64,000 bases of DNA from an uncultured delta proteobacterium (GTDB lineage: Bacteria; Desulfobacterota; Desulfuromonadia; Geobacterales; Pseudopelobacteraceae): NCBI GenBank assembly GCA_963772835.1, contig CAVYYZ010000012.1, forward strand, positions 64,001 to 128,000. Direction: 5' to 3'. Positions 19,779 to 28,904 of the stretch are shown here, piece after piece. Within the stretch, counting starts at the first letter, position 1, and each line of letters starts with the position of its first letter. The position numbers and the translations under genes were made by a program. The notes beneath the pieces are model-generated. The model was given only the letters and a program-made list of their open reading frames with translations, was not told the DNA's origin and searched no databases.

Positions 19779-21227
19779 TCAGATTTTTAATCCCAGCAGC
19801 GGCCAGATGAACCAGGCGGAACCGAGAAAGAGCAGCCAGGAAATCACCATGACCACGACTCCGGGGACAATCATATCCCGGCTTTTCAGATACCCTGATC
19901 CGAAAACGATTGCAGTTGCAGGGGTTCCCATGGGCAGACAATAGGCCAGCCCGGCAGGCAGGGCTATTGACAGGGTCATGACCCGCGGGTCAACCCCCAA
20001 CCCCTGGGCGAGGCTCAGGCCGATCGGCATCAGGATGGCAATCACCGCGGCATTGCTGATGCATTCCGTCAATAGAATCGCAACCAGAGATATCAGAGCA
20101 ACAATAACGAACGGTGACAGGGGAAAGGATGTCAATCCTTTGTTGGCAAGCCACAGGGCAGCACCGGTCTTTTCCATGGCACTGGCCAGAGCGATGGAGC
20201 AGCCGTACATGAGAATAATTCCCCAGTTAACATATTCCTCAATTTTTTCCCAGGAAACGACACGGAATGTAAACAGGACCGCAGTACCCAGAATGGCTAT
20301 TGCGGCCAGTCCCAGTTGTCTACCGAAGAACACCCATCCGCCGATTGTGGCAATCATGACCATTGCGGTGATAATTTCATCATAGCTGATCTTGCCCACT
20401 TCAAGTCTTTTGCGATTGAGTACGCGCATACCGTCTTCAACACTCGGCAGGTCAGGCGGGAAAAAGTAGATCAGCAGAGTGAAGCCGATTGACAGGAGAG
20501 GAAGTACGATCATGATCGCCGCTATGGTCCAGTCAAAAAAAACGATGTCGGCTCCGGCTATCTCCCGCAGCATGCCGACAGCCAGCGGAGCCCTGGCCCC
20601 GCCCAGGAAGGTGGCTATACCGCCGATGATACAGCCCCAGGCAATGGACATGAAGAGTAGCTTGGCGTAGGTGCTCTTGCCCGGCTGCAGTCCGAGACTC
20701 GCGGAAATCTCCACAACCACCGGGAAGAGCATGGCGGCCACGGCATGCTCGCTCATGCAGAATGATAATCCCGCGGCCAGCAGGAATACTGTTAAAGCAA
20801 GGCGCCTTGGAGTACTGCCGAACCGGACCAGCATGGCGCGTGCCAGACGGGCGGAGAGACCGGTCCCGGCCATTGCGGCACCAAGAATGAATGCGCCCAG
20901 GATGAAAAAAACCGCCTCATTACCAAAGAGAGCATATGTCTGTTTTGCAGGCAGGATGCCAGCCAACGGCAGCATAACCATGGAAAGCAGTGCAGTCACC
21001 GCAATCGGCAGCAAACCTGACACCCACAATACAATTGTGACGCTGAAGAGTACAAGCGCATGATATCCGGGGAGAGTCAGTCCCAACGGGGGGGCAAAAC
21101 TGCCTGCCAGTATTGTCAGCAACAGGAGGGCTGCCAATATCTGGTAGCGAACCGTACGATCCATTACGATCAGCCAGATCGGCCGTGTATCTATTTTGAG
21201 CGGTTTGTCGAAGGATATCGGATTCAT
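19779..21227 (-). CDS. SLC13/DASS family anion (probably sulfate) transporter
   Basis: Polytopic; GGIATFLGGARAPLA, ISNAA, LPMGTPATAI motifs; inside the cys operon. Confidence 0.85.
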   Translation of the reverse strand: MNPISFDKPLKIDTRPIWLIVMDRTVRYQILAALLLLTILAGSFAPPLGLTLPGYHALVLFSVTIVLWVSGLLPIAVTALLSMVMLPLAGILPAKQTYALFGNEAVFFILGAFILGAAMAGTGLSARLARAMLVRFGSTPRRLALTVFLLAAGLSFCMSEHAVAAMLFPVVVEISASLGLQPGKSTYAKLLFMSIAWGCIIGGIATFLGGARAPLAVGMLREIAGADIVFFDWTIAAIMIVLPLLSIGFTLLIYFFPPDLPSVEDGMRVLNRKRLEVGKISYDEIITAMVMIATIGGWVFFGRQLGLAAIAILGTAVLFTFRVVSWEKIEEYVNWGIILMYGCSIALASAMEKTGAALWLANKGLTSFPLSPFVIVALISLVAILLTECISNAAVIAILMPIGLSLAQGLGVDPRVMTLSIALPAGLAYCLPMGTPATAIVFGSGYLKSRDMIVPGVVVMVISWLLFLGSAWFIWPLLGLKI

Positions 21228-22033
21228 TATAACCCTGCCGATTCGAATGATGCTTCAGCACCGTGAGTACGCAGGTGGCGGCGCAGATCCGAGGTCGCCA
21301 GAATGCGGCGATCATCGAGTTTATTGATAACGCCACGCAGATAACCGGTTGACTCTCTCAGAACAAAGGGTGTTATCAGCCTCAGTAGCGGCATGAGCGG
21401 CTTAAGCGGCACTCTGTGCCGTCGCCATTCGGCAGCGAGAAAGCGGTAACTGTTACTTATCTCTATCTCATTCCACTGTTTTTTTGTGTGTGCAAAATCA
21501 AGCAACGGTATGACGCCATTACTCAGCAACTCACTGATGGCGGCGTGAACCGCTTGGCGCTCTTCCTGCCCGGCCTTTATCGATGAAACCACTGACCAGC
21601 GTGGAAACGTTGCCGTTGCAGTTTTGAATATTATCGGTAAAGCGACTCTGCTGACATTTTCTCCATCATCGCTTTCATACGATGTGCCTGAAATGTCCAG
21701 AATATCAAGTCCCGCAAGGTAGGCACGCTCAACCTGTGACGCCGAAAGCCGGTACCCGATCCGCCCCATCAGCCGTATTGAGAAGTTTCGTTTGATCTGT
21801 CGCACCATCTCAAGATTATGCTCGTATTTTCCGGCATTTCCAAAGGTGACATGGAACAATTCGCTCGATTCCTGGCAATAGCTGTCATACATTGTTTCAA
21901 GAGTGCTGTAGACAGGCAGATCAGCACCGATGAAAAAAACCCGCCCTTCACGGCGCAGATCTTCACTGTTACCCCACCCCGGCGCCAGGCCTAACAACCT
22001 CCCCAGCCTATGTGGATCAATTACGTGGTTCAT
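21227..22033 (-). CDS. Hypothetical protein, possibly a radical-SAM-like barrel without the cysteine motif
   Basis: 268-aa ORF translationally coupled to the DASS gene; AYLAGLDILDI segment; only one Cys. Confidence 0.7.
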   Translation of the reverse strand: MNHVIDPHRLGRLLGLAPGWGNSEDLRREGRVFFIGADLPVYSTLETMYDSYCQESSELFHVTFGNAGKYEHNLEMVRQIKRNFSIRLMGRIGYRLSASQVERAYLAGLDILDISGTSYESDDGENVSRVALPIIFKTATATFPRWSVVSSIKAGQEERQAVHAAISELLSNGVIPLLDFAHTKKQWNEIEISNSYRFLAAEWRRHRVPLKPLMPLLRLITPFVLRESTGYLRGVINKLDDRRILATSDLRRHLRTHGAEASFESAGL

Positions 22034-22074
22034 GAATTTGTCCGCTCTGCAGAGGAGATGACAGGCTAATTTTA

Positions 22075-22094
22075 AACTATAGATTTAATAGATA
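22075..22094. promoter_or_regulatory. Candidate Rrf2 operator (AACTATAGATTTAATAGATA)
   Basis: One of four CTATAG-N5-(A/C)TAGA-like boxes confined to the cys cluster. Confidence 0.6.
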
Positions 22095-22285
22095 TTACGG
22101 ACCCGGCCTAAATGCGAGAAGACCATCGGGGATCCATGCGCCTTTTCCCCTCAGGAACTCACCATATTGTCCTCGCCGTGGTTTTTCCTATTGCGCCTGC
22201 CGTGTGTCGTACGGCGACGTACCTGCAGTCAGGTATTGTTTGAATGTGCCAAAAGAAATCGGATGTGTCAAGAATTAATTTAATT

Positions 22286-22305
22286 ATCTATAGATTTTAT
22301 ATATA
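22286..22305. promoter_or_regulatory. Candidate Rrf2 operator (ATCTATAGATTTTATATATA)
   Basis: Same motif, just upstream of the minus-strand TTGACA at 22266-22271. Confidence 0.55.
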
Positions 22306-22359
22306 ATACTTCAGCCACCGTATTGTACCACCAGTACGCATGTCGTTAAGTTATTCGGT

Positions 22360-22388
22360 TTGACATAGTGCGGAGTAAATCGTATAAC
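22360..22388 (+). promoter_or_regulatory. Sigma70-type promoter of lhgO (TTGACA-N17-TATAAC)
   Basis: Near-consensus hexamers at 17 bp spacing. Confidence 0.6.
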
Positions 22389-22454
22389 CGGCCGGGAATA
22401 ATAGTATTTTTCACCAGTGCTGCGGGACTAATCGGGATCGGAGGCCGCTAACAG

Positions 22455-23654
22455 ATGATGTACGACTATATTGTGATTGGTGCCGGAATAATCGGCGTTT
22501 CCACTGCGTGGCAGCTGCAGCGTGCTTTTCCCGGCAGTTCTGTCCTGGTATTGGAGAAGGAGGCACACCCGGCATGCCACCAGACAGGCCGCAACTCCGG
22601 AGTCATCCATGCGGGGGTCTATTACACCCCGGGCAGCCTGAAGGCAAAATTCTGCAAGGAAGGCAACATCGCTACAAAAAAATTCTGTACTGATTACGGA
22701 ATAAAATTTGACCAGTGCGGAAAACTACTGGTGGCGACAGACGGACAGGAACTCAGGAGAATGGGAGAATTACTGACGCGCTGTGCCGAGAATAAAATCC
22801 CTGTCGAAGAATTGACTGCTCAGCAGTTGAAACAGCGTGAGCCTAATATATCGGGAGTCGGCGCGATTCTGGTGCCGTCGACCGGAATTGTCAGCTACAC
22901 AGCGATTACGATAAAAATGGCGGAACTGGTATTGGAGGGGGGAGGCGAGGTCCATTACAACAGCAGGGTTTTGGCCATAAACGAGCAGCCTGATTTGATA
23001 ACTGTTGAGACCGGTAGAGGCAGGTTCACCGGACGTTTTTTAGTAGCCTGCGCAGGGGTGATGGCTGACCGGATCGTCCAGATGATGGGAATTCAACCGG
23101 ATTTCAAAATTATCCCGTTCCGGGGCGACTACTTTCTATTGGGAGCAGAACATAACCGGATTGTCAACCATCTGATCTATCCGATCCCCGATCCGGAGCT
23201 CCCCTTTCTCGGAGTTCATCTGACCCGCATGATTGACGGAACTGTTACTGTCGGGCCGAACGCTGTTCTTGCCTTCAAGCGTGAAGGGTACGGCAGGTTC
23301 GACTTCAGCCTGAGCGACAGCGTCGAGATGCTCACCTATCCTGGCCTGCTTAAAGTTCTGTACAAGAATTTTACCGTCAGCATGATCGAATTAAAGAACA
23401 GCCTGTACAAAAGAGGGTATCTGGAGCTGGTTCGCAAATACTGCCCTGCTCTTACTCTTAAAGATCTGCATGACTACCCGGCCGGCATCCGGGCACAGGC
23501 GGTCAGCAGGGAAGGGTTACTGGTTACTGACTTCCTGTTCGTCAACACCAGACGGGCTCTCGCGGTCTGCAATGCACCATCTCCCGCAGCAACGTCGGCC
23601 ATTCCGATCGGGTCTTATATTGTGGAGAAAGTCAGAGCTCTCGATCAGGGGTGA
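22455..23654 (+). CDS. lhgO: L-2-hydroxyglutarate oxidase
   Basis: IGAGIIG FAD motif, HQTGRNSGVIHAG, IYPIPDP.LPFLGVH, NAPSPAATS. Confidence 0.93.
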   Translation: MMYDYIVIGAGIIGVSTAWQLQRAFPGSSVLVLEKEAHPACHQTGRNSGVIHAGVYYTPGSLKAKFCKEGNIATKKFCTDYGIKFDQCGKLLVATDGQELRRMGELLTRCAENKIPVEELTAQQLKQREPNISGVGAILVPSTGIVSYTAITIKMAELVLEGGGEVHYNSRVLAINEQPDLITVETGRGRFTGRFLVACAGVMADRIVQMMGIQPDFKIIPFRGDYFLLGAEHNRIVNHLIYPIPDPELPFLGVHLTRMIDGTVTVGPNAVLAFKREGYGRFDFSLSDSVEMLTYPGLLKVLYKNFTVSMIELKNSLYKRGYLELVRKYCPALTLKDLHDYPAGIRAQAVSREGLLVTDFLFVNTRRALAVCNAPSPAATSAIPIGSYIVEKVRALDQG

Positions 23655-23680
23655 ATTTTTTCCGGTTCCTGGTCACAGGT

Positions 23681-24976
23681 TTACACAATACTGTGCAGCG
23701 TTTCGAAGAGTTCTGCCTTTGTCATCCCCTCATGCACCTTACTCCCCAGTCCGGTCTGCAGCCTTCGATAGACATCGAAACGTACGGTTTTCTGCCCGTC
23801 TGTATCAGCACCCAGGCGGGAGGCTACAATTCCAACATCAGCCAGCTGCGGCTGGCTGCATGAATTATTGCATCCGGACAGGGCCCAGATCAAGGTTCTT
23901 CCCTTTTCTCCCATATGCGCCAACAGCTCTCGGGCGACATCGCGCGTTGCACTTAATCCCATCAGGCATTCATGGTTACCGGGACATACACGAAAAACAG
24001 GTGCGGGGACATCTGCTGCCAGACCGGTCGACTGCTGCAAAGAGTTCAATGTTACGGCGGAATCAATGCCGGGTGAAAGCATAAGGGCAATATCCTGATT
24101 GGCAGTTACCATCAGCACACCGTCTGCGTGAAGATCGGCACTGTCCGCAATCGCGGCAAGCTGCCCGGCTGTCAGCTTGCCCGCAAAGACCTGAAGTTCC
24201 AGACGATTATGGCCACACTCCGCCGGAACAAGGTATTCAGGCAGGCCGGTAATGTCCGGAATTTCTTCACTGTACGACTCTTCCGCTTCAATCAGTTGGC
24301 GCAGTTTCATTTCACCAAACTCCGCTGCCAGAAATTTAAGTCGTTTTGGTGGCGGCGCATGGGCGGCGTAGACCCTGACGATAGCTTCAATGATCGGGAT
24401 AATTCTCTCTTCCGGCACCCGTTCGTAGATCTGGAATCCGGGGCGAGGCTCTCTGCCGAGCCCTCCCGCAATCCAGATATCAAACCGGGCGCGGCCATTC
24501 TCAATGTCTGCCAGCACCAGTCCAACGTCCTGAATCAGGTGCCTTCCGCCGCTCACATCTGTCTCGAGTCCGATCTTGAATTTCTTCGGCAGACGTTCGT
24601 AGCGTGGATTACCGGTGAAGTGGCGATGCAGGCGTCTTGCGAGGGTTTCAAGTACGGGAAATCCCAGGGCACCCTGACTGCCGCAGGTGATACCGCGAAC
24701 GGCTCCTCCGCACGCTCCGCGCGAGGTAAGGCCAACTTTTGCCAGTTCCCGTTTAACCTGAGACAGATCGTCCTCCTTCAACCAGTGGATCTCCATGCTG
24801 CCACGGGTCGTGAGATGGATGGTTCCCTGTCCAAAACGCGTTGAAATAGCTGCAAGTGCCCGGGCCTGGTCTGCCGAGACAACTCCGGCCGGCAACTTTA
24901 CCCGCTGCATGTAGAAGTCGCCCTGCCGCTGTTTGTAGATGCCGTCAAGACGATATTCGATTACCGGTGTGCTCAT
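23681..24976 (-). CDS. Ferredoxin-type sulfite (nitrite/sulfite) reductase, siroheme
   Basis: MQRVKLPAG, HLTTRG, LPKKFKIG, CPGNHEC and SGCNNSC siroheme/FeS ligands; directly after cysK. Confidence 0.88.
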   Translation of the reverse strand: MSTPVIEYRLDGIYKQRQGDFYMQRVKLPAGVVSADQARALAAISTRFGQGTIHLTTRGSMEIHWLKEDDLSQVKRELAKVGLTSRGACGGAVRGITCGSQGALGFPVLETLARRLHRHFTGNPRYERLPKKFKIGLETDVSGGRHLIQDVGLVLADIENGRARFDIWIAGGLGREPRPGFQIYERVPEERIIPIIEAIVRVYAAHAPPPKRLKFLAAEFGEMKLRQLIEAEESYSEEIPDITGLPEYLVPAECGHNRLELQVFAGKLTAGQLAAIADSADLHADGVLMVTANQDIALMLSPGIDSAVTLNSLQQSTGLAADVPAPVFRVCPGNHECLMGLSATRDVARELLAHMGEKGRTLIWALSGCNNSCSQPQLADVGIVASRLGADTDGQKTVRFDVYRRLQTGLGSKVHEGMTKAELFETLHSIV

Positions 24977-24980
24977 TGGA

Positions 24981-25934
24981 TCAGATCCCCTCAAACAGAG
25001 CAGTTGAAAGATAACGTTCTGCCCCGTCTGGCAGGATCACCACAATAATTTTACCGGCAAATTCATCAAGCTGACCAAGTCTGACAGCTGCAGCTACCGC
25101 AGCCCCGCAGGAGATGCCGACCAGTAACCCTTCTTCTTTTGCCAGACGTTTGGCGAATTCAATCGCTTCAGCGCTTTCTACCAGCTCTACCCGATCAACA
25201 ACTGAGAGATCAAGAGTGTCAGGGATAAATCCGGCACCGATTCCCTGGATCTTGTGTGGTGCGGGCTGAATCGGCTGTCCGGCCAGATGCTGAGTTATCA
25301 CTGGGCTCTCTTTCGGCTCCACCGCTACGGAGATGATATTTTTACCTTTTGTATTTTTTATGTAACGCGAAATCCCGGTGATGGTTCCGCCTGTTCCTAC
25401 CCCGGAGACGATGACATCAACGGCTCCATCGGTATCATTCCATATTTCTGGGCCGGTCGTTTTTTCATGAATTTCCGGGTTTGCAGGGTTTTTAAACTGC
25501 TGCGGTAAAAAATATTTTTCCGGCTCTGCAGCGGCGATCTCCTCGGCGCGACTGATCGCCCCCTTCATACCTTCAGAACCAGGGGTCAGAATCAGAGTGG
25601 CACCGAGAGCGGCCAGTACGCGACGACGCTCAATACTCATTGTTTCAGGCATAGTCAGGGTCAGCTTGTAGCCACGTGCAGCAGCAACGTACGCCAATGC
25701 TATGCCTGTGTTGCCTGAAGTTGGCTCGATTATCTCGACGCCAGGCTTCAATACACCGCGCTTTTCTGCATCCCAGATCATATTGGCACCGATGCGGCAT
25801 TTTACCGAATAGGCGGGGTTTCGACCCTCTACTTTTGCCAGTATGGTGGCTTTTGAGTTGCCGATGATGTGGTTTAATTTCACCAGGGGAGTGTTGCCTA
25901 TCGACTGAGAGTTATCTGCATAAATTTTACTCAT
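24981..25934 (-). CDS. cysK: Cysteine synthase A (O-acetylserine sulfhydrylase)
   Basis: IGNTPLV, SVKCRIG (PLP Lys), [29 protein letters not shown]. Confidence 0.97.
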   Translation of the reverse strand: MSKIYADNSQSIGNTPLVKLNHIIGNSKATILAKVEGRNPAYSVKCRIGANMIWDAEKRGVLKPGVEIIEPTSGNTGIALAYVAAARGYKLTLTMPETMSIERRRVLAALGATLILTPGSEGMKGAISRAEEIAAAEPEKYFLPQQFKNPANPEIHEKTTGPEIWNDTDGAVDVIVSGVGTGGTITGISRYIKNTKGKNIISVAVEPKESPVITQHLAGQPIQPAPHKIQGIGAGFIPDTLDLSVVDRVELVESAEAIEFAKRLAKEEGLLVGISCGAAVAAAVRLGQLDEFAGKIIVVILPDGAERYLSTALFEGI

Positions 25935-25960
25935 ACATTTCTCCTTTCGCATTTATATAT

Positions 25961-25980
25961 CTCTATAGAACAGATAGATA
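25961..25980. promoter_or_regulatory. Candidate Rrf2 operator (CTCTATAGAACAGATAGATA) in front of cysK
   Basis: Same motif in the short Rrf2-cysK gap. Confidence 0.6.
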
Positions 25981-25995
25981 TATATGACAAAAATT

Positions 25996-26457
25996 TTAAA
26001 TACTGAAATCCATTACTCTTGATTTCTGCTGCCGCGCTGCTTCACTTCTATCGACCATATCAGCCAGGGTTGTCGTTTCAAGGACGGAATCGATCGCGGT
26101 TTTAACATCACTCATAACCAGACGGATGCCGCAACAGGCGGGGTCGCCACACTCCTCACACTCCACCCTGACATTGTCGTTGAGGCACTCAACCAGTGCA
26201 AATCCTCCTTCAAGAACCCCAACCACCTTGCCAATCGTAATGTCGGAAGGTGGTGAAGCCAGCATGTATCCGCCACCCTTGCCGATCTTACTTTTCAGCA
26301 CACCACCTTTTCTAAGAGCAACGAGAATCGCTTCAAGAAACTTCCGGGGTATATTTTCTTCTTTCGCAAGTTCGGAAATAAGAATGGGAGCACCCGTGGA
26401 GTGTTCGGCAAGATAGCTGAGCGCCTTAAGCGCATATTTAGTCTTTTTAGAAATCAT
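25996..26457 (-). CDS. Rrf2 family transcriptional regulator (CymR/IscR-like)
   Basis: KYALKAL, KFLEAIL, SKIGKGGGY wHTH; Cys cluster ECL..CEEC..CC; C-terminal MDFSI. Confidence 0.93.
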   Translation of the reverse strand: MISKKTKYALKALSYLAEHSTGAPILISELAKEENIPRKFLEAILVALRKGGVLKSKIGKGGGYMLASPPSDITIGKVVGVLEGGFALVECLNDNVRVECEECGDPACCGIRLVMSDVKTAIDSVLETTTLADMVDRSEAARQQKSRVMDFSI

Positions 26458-26477
26458 AGTCTAGTAAAACTATAGTT
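26458..26477. promoter_or_regulatory. Candidate Rrf2 autoregulatory operator (minus strand AACTATAGTTTTACTAGACT)
   Basis: Same motif abutting the Rrf2 start codon. Confidence 0.55.
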
Positions 26478-26825
26478 ATTATACGCGCGCTGTTTTGTCA
26501 AGAACAATTTCCACTTCATTCAAGTCACTTCAGCATTATGTTAGTTAACTCCTGCTTCAATGAAGCTTCCTCTGCGACACCCTTACGCATGCCCTACAAT
26601 TGATCGAAGACAAACGGCCTACTGAATCGGCGTGCACGCACACGCGAGAAAAATACAGCGCTCAATATCTTTTATTCCCATACTTAATTATTAGTCTTCA
26701 TTGAAGCCACGTGAGCAGAAATTTTCCGATCCGCTATTGCCTGAAAACCATGACATTTCTGCTCTCGCAATCCATTATGAAAGATTAAAATATCACTAAG
26801 TAGCTGTAATTTCGAAGAAGACAAA

Positions 26826-26926
26826 CAATCCACAAAATATGTGGATAACCCTGTTGACGCTGTGGATATGTTTCATAAATGTCACATAAGATCTAGTGTT
26901 TTATCGAATTGCACAGAGAATAAACA
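26826..26926. other. DnaA-box cluster
   Basis: Perfect TGTGGATAA (26840-26848), TGTGGATAT (26861-26869), opposed CAATCCACA (26826-26834), weaker boxes near 26908-26926. Confidence 0.7.
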
Positions 26927-27300
26927 GGTGTAGTAACTACCTGAATTAACGTGTCAATACTTATTTTACCCATGCGCTCAAACAAGCCTGAAATGGTCTG
27001 ATACCTGAAAGTCTAAAAAATAGGCAGCATATCAGCTACTAACAAAATATCAGGTTATTTGACATTCATTTTGGGCCAGATCCTTACGGTCTATTTTTTA
27101 TTTTTTCCCGTCTTAATTGGTGGAGGAGATCACTTACATCAGCCACACTGAAAGGCTCTGTACATCAACAACTGAGCGTGCATCGAAATTCAAGTGATAT
27201 TTTTGCAAGGTCGTTATCTGAAGCACCGGTAAATGCTGCACAAAGAAAAAACCCTTCAAACAGAGAAGGGCACCATCCAACACTCAGGTATTTAGCATTA

Positions 27301-27564
27301 TCACTCGGTAAACTTTACAGCTACTTTCTTTGACTCCTGCCTTACTATCTTACAGGCACGCTTTAACGTACGATCTGTAGTATTAAAGCTCAACTCCAAT
27401 CGGCACGTATCACCAACGCGTAAGTCTGCATTACCCTGAATCTCAACCAGAGCCCCGCTAAATGATAAATCATCCAAAGATGCTGGGTGGGCATTACCAT
27501 CGTTAATTACGAGAGCACAGTGTGATTTCAATTTAGCCCGGGAATGTTTTCTATTATTTTCCAT
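27301..27564 (-). CDS. Single-domain PilZ protein (c-di-GMP receptor)
   Basis: RKHSR (RxxxR) and DLSFSG (DxSxxG) motifs; GAGG SD. Confidence 0.85.
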   Translation of the reverse strand: MENNRKHSRAKLKSHCALVINDGNAHPASLDDLSFSGALVEIQGNADLRVGDTCRLELSFNTTDRTLKRACKIVRQESKKVAVKFTE

Positions 27565-27874
27565 ACAGTAACCTCGCATCGGTTATACAGCCTCATTCTG
27601 CTATGTGCTACAATAATTTTACGGCTCCACATTTAGCCTCATATGTGCACCCAATCAGGGTCGCTATGCTACTCCTCAGCCTGAACAAACTGCAGAAGAC
27701 CCGCGTAGTCCGACTGCTTCTATGTCTCTATAGGCTGATACTTATTAACATGTGCTGCCTATGTCTGCAAGCCCGACTCCTTAATTTTTATATTCACATA
27801 TGCTTTTACGCTATGGGCATGCAATGGGGAACAGTATGCTCTTCTTTGTAATCCACTGGTTCACACAGATTAGT

Positions 27875-27950
27875 TGGTGAGCCGCGTTGGGGTCGAACCA
27901 ACGACCACCTGATTAAAAGTCAGGTGCTCTACCGACTGAGCTAGCGGCTC
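27875..27950 (-). tRNA. tRNA-Lys (UUU)
   Basis: GAGCCGCTAGCTCAGTCGGTAGAGCACCTGACTTTTAATCAGGTGGTCGTTGGTTCGACCCCAACGCGGCTCACCA; cloverleaf, TTT anticodon, CCA end. Confidence 0.98.
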
Positions 27951-28221
27951 AAAAAGAAGAACTATTTACCCCAATATGCGATCTGTGTCAATGTTTATTT
28001 TACAGGAAGCTTCGTTTTTATATTTGGCCTCGGCACTATTTCACTCTGCAACTGAATCTCAGACAGAGCATTGTCCCTTCATACTTATAAATTCAACTGC
28101 ACATTTCATATAACTAAACATGCGACAGCAAGAGCAATCCTTAATTTAGAACATTTATCTGTTTATCATATAATAACACTGTTTTATTATTTAATATTTT
28201 TGTGTTGCAATTTCAGTTAAA

Positions 28222-28233
28222 ATACTGTATACA
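28222..28233. promoter_or_regulatory. Palindromic TGTATACA box (GntR/HgtR-like) overlapping a putative -10
   Basis: ATACTGTATACA, with TTGCAA at 28205-28210; related ATATTATATACA about 50 bp downstream. Confidence 0.45.
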
Positions 28234-28576
28234 TTTCCGGGTCATGGGGATAAACAGGAGTTAACCCCCGTTGATATTATATACATATGCTTGTTATATT
28301 TGAGTATTCGCTATTTATTGATTGATTTGCATATTTTGTATTTATTATAAAATGTAAAATTTATTTCTAAACTTCCATACAGGCCACTATTGTTTTTTGC
28401 ATTACAACGATTGGGGATTGCGCACGACAAAGAGAGAGTTTGTATCCAATTTAGAATGCTGATTTTTTTTTGATCGGACAATTACCCGTTCGAGATGATT
28501 CAAATTCAGACGAAAGGAGAAACCAATACCGAAACAAAACGTAACTATCCGTACTTAAAAATGAAAGGAGTACCTC

Positions 28577-28888
28577 ATGTCTCAAAAGCAATATGACTGG
28601 GCAGCAATCGCAAAGAATCCAAAATTTATAGAGTTACATCACAAAAAACAGGCATTTCTTTTCGGATGGTGGATTTTTTCCACTGCATATTACTTCCTGC
28701 TCCCCATCGGGGCTGCCTATGCTCCGGGTCTATTCAAAATCAAGGTCATCGGTGTCATTAATTTTGGCTACATATTCGCCCTCTCCCAGTTTTTTGTATC
28801 CTGGGCGCTGGCTCTGTACTACGCACACGTGGCCAACAAAGATTTTGACAGGTTGACCAAAGAACTTATCGACGAACTTCATCTTTAG
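28577..28888 (+). CDS. DUF485 (YjcH-like) membrane protein
   Basis: Two TM segments, PKFIEL..KK, ANKDFD; typical partner upstream of actP. Confidence 0.9.
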   Translation: MSQKQYDWAAIAKNPKFIELHHKKQAFLFGWWIFSTAYYFLLPIGAAYAPGLFKIKVIGVINFGYIFALSQFFVSWALALYYAHVANKDFDRLTKELIDELHL

Positions 28889-28904
28889 AAAAGGAGGATA
28901 CGAC

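Noticed and set aside
22095..22260. Possible SAM or other riboswitch in the cys operon leader
   Set aside because: No SAM-I or other aptamer consensus found on the minus strand
26554..26707. ATTGAAGC-like ends resembling CRISPR repeats
   Set aside because: Only two short copies, inverted rather than direct, with no regular spacers and no cas genes
27603..27851. 82-aa Cys/Leu-rich ORF beside the tRNA
   Set aside because: Atypical composition, no SD, no family features
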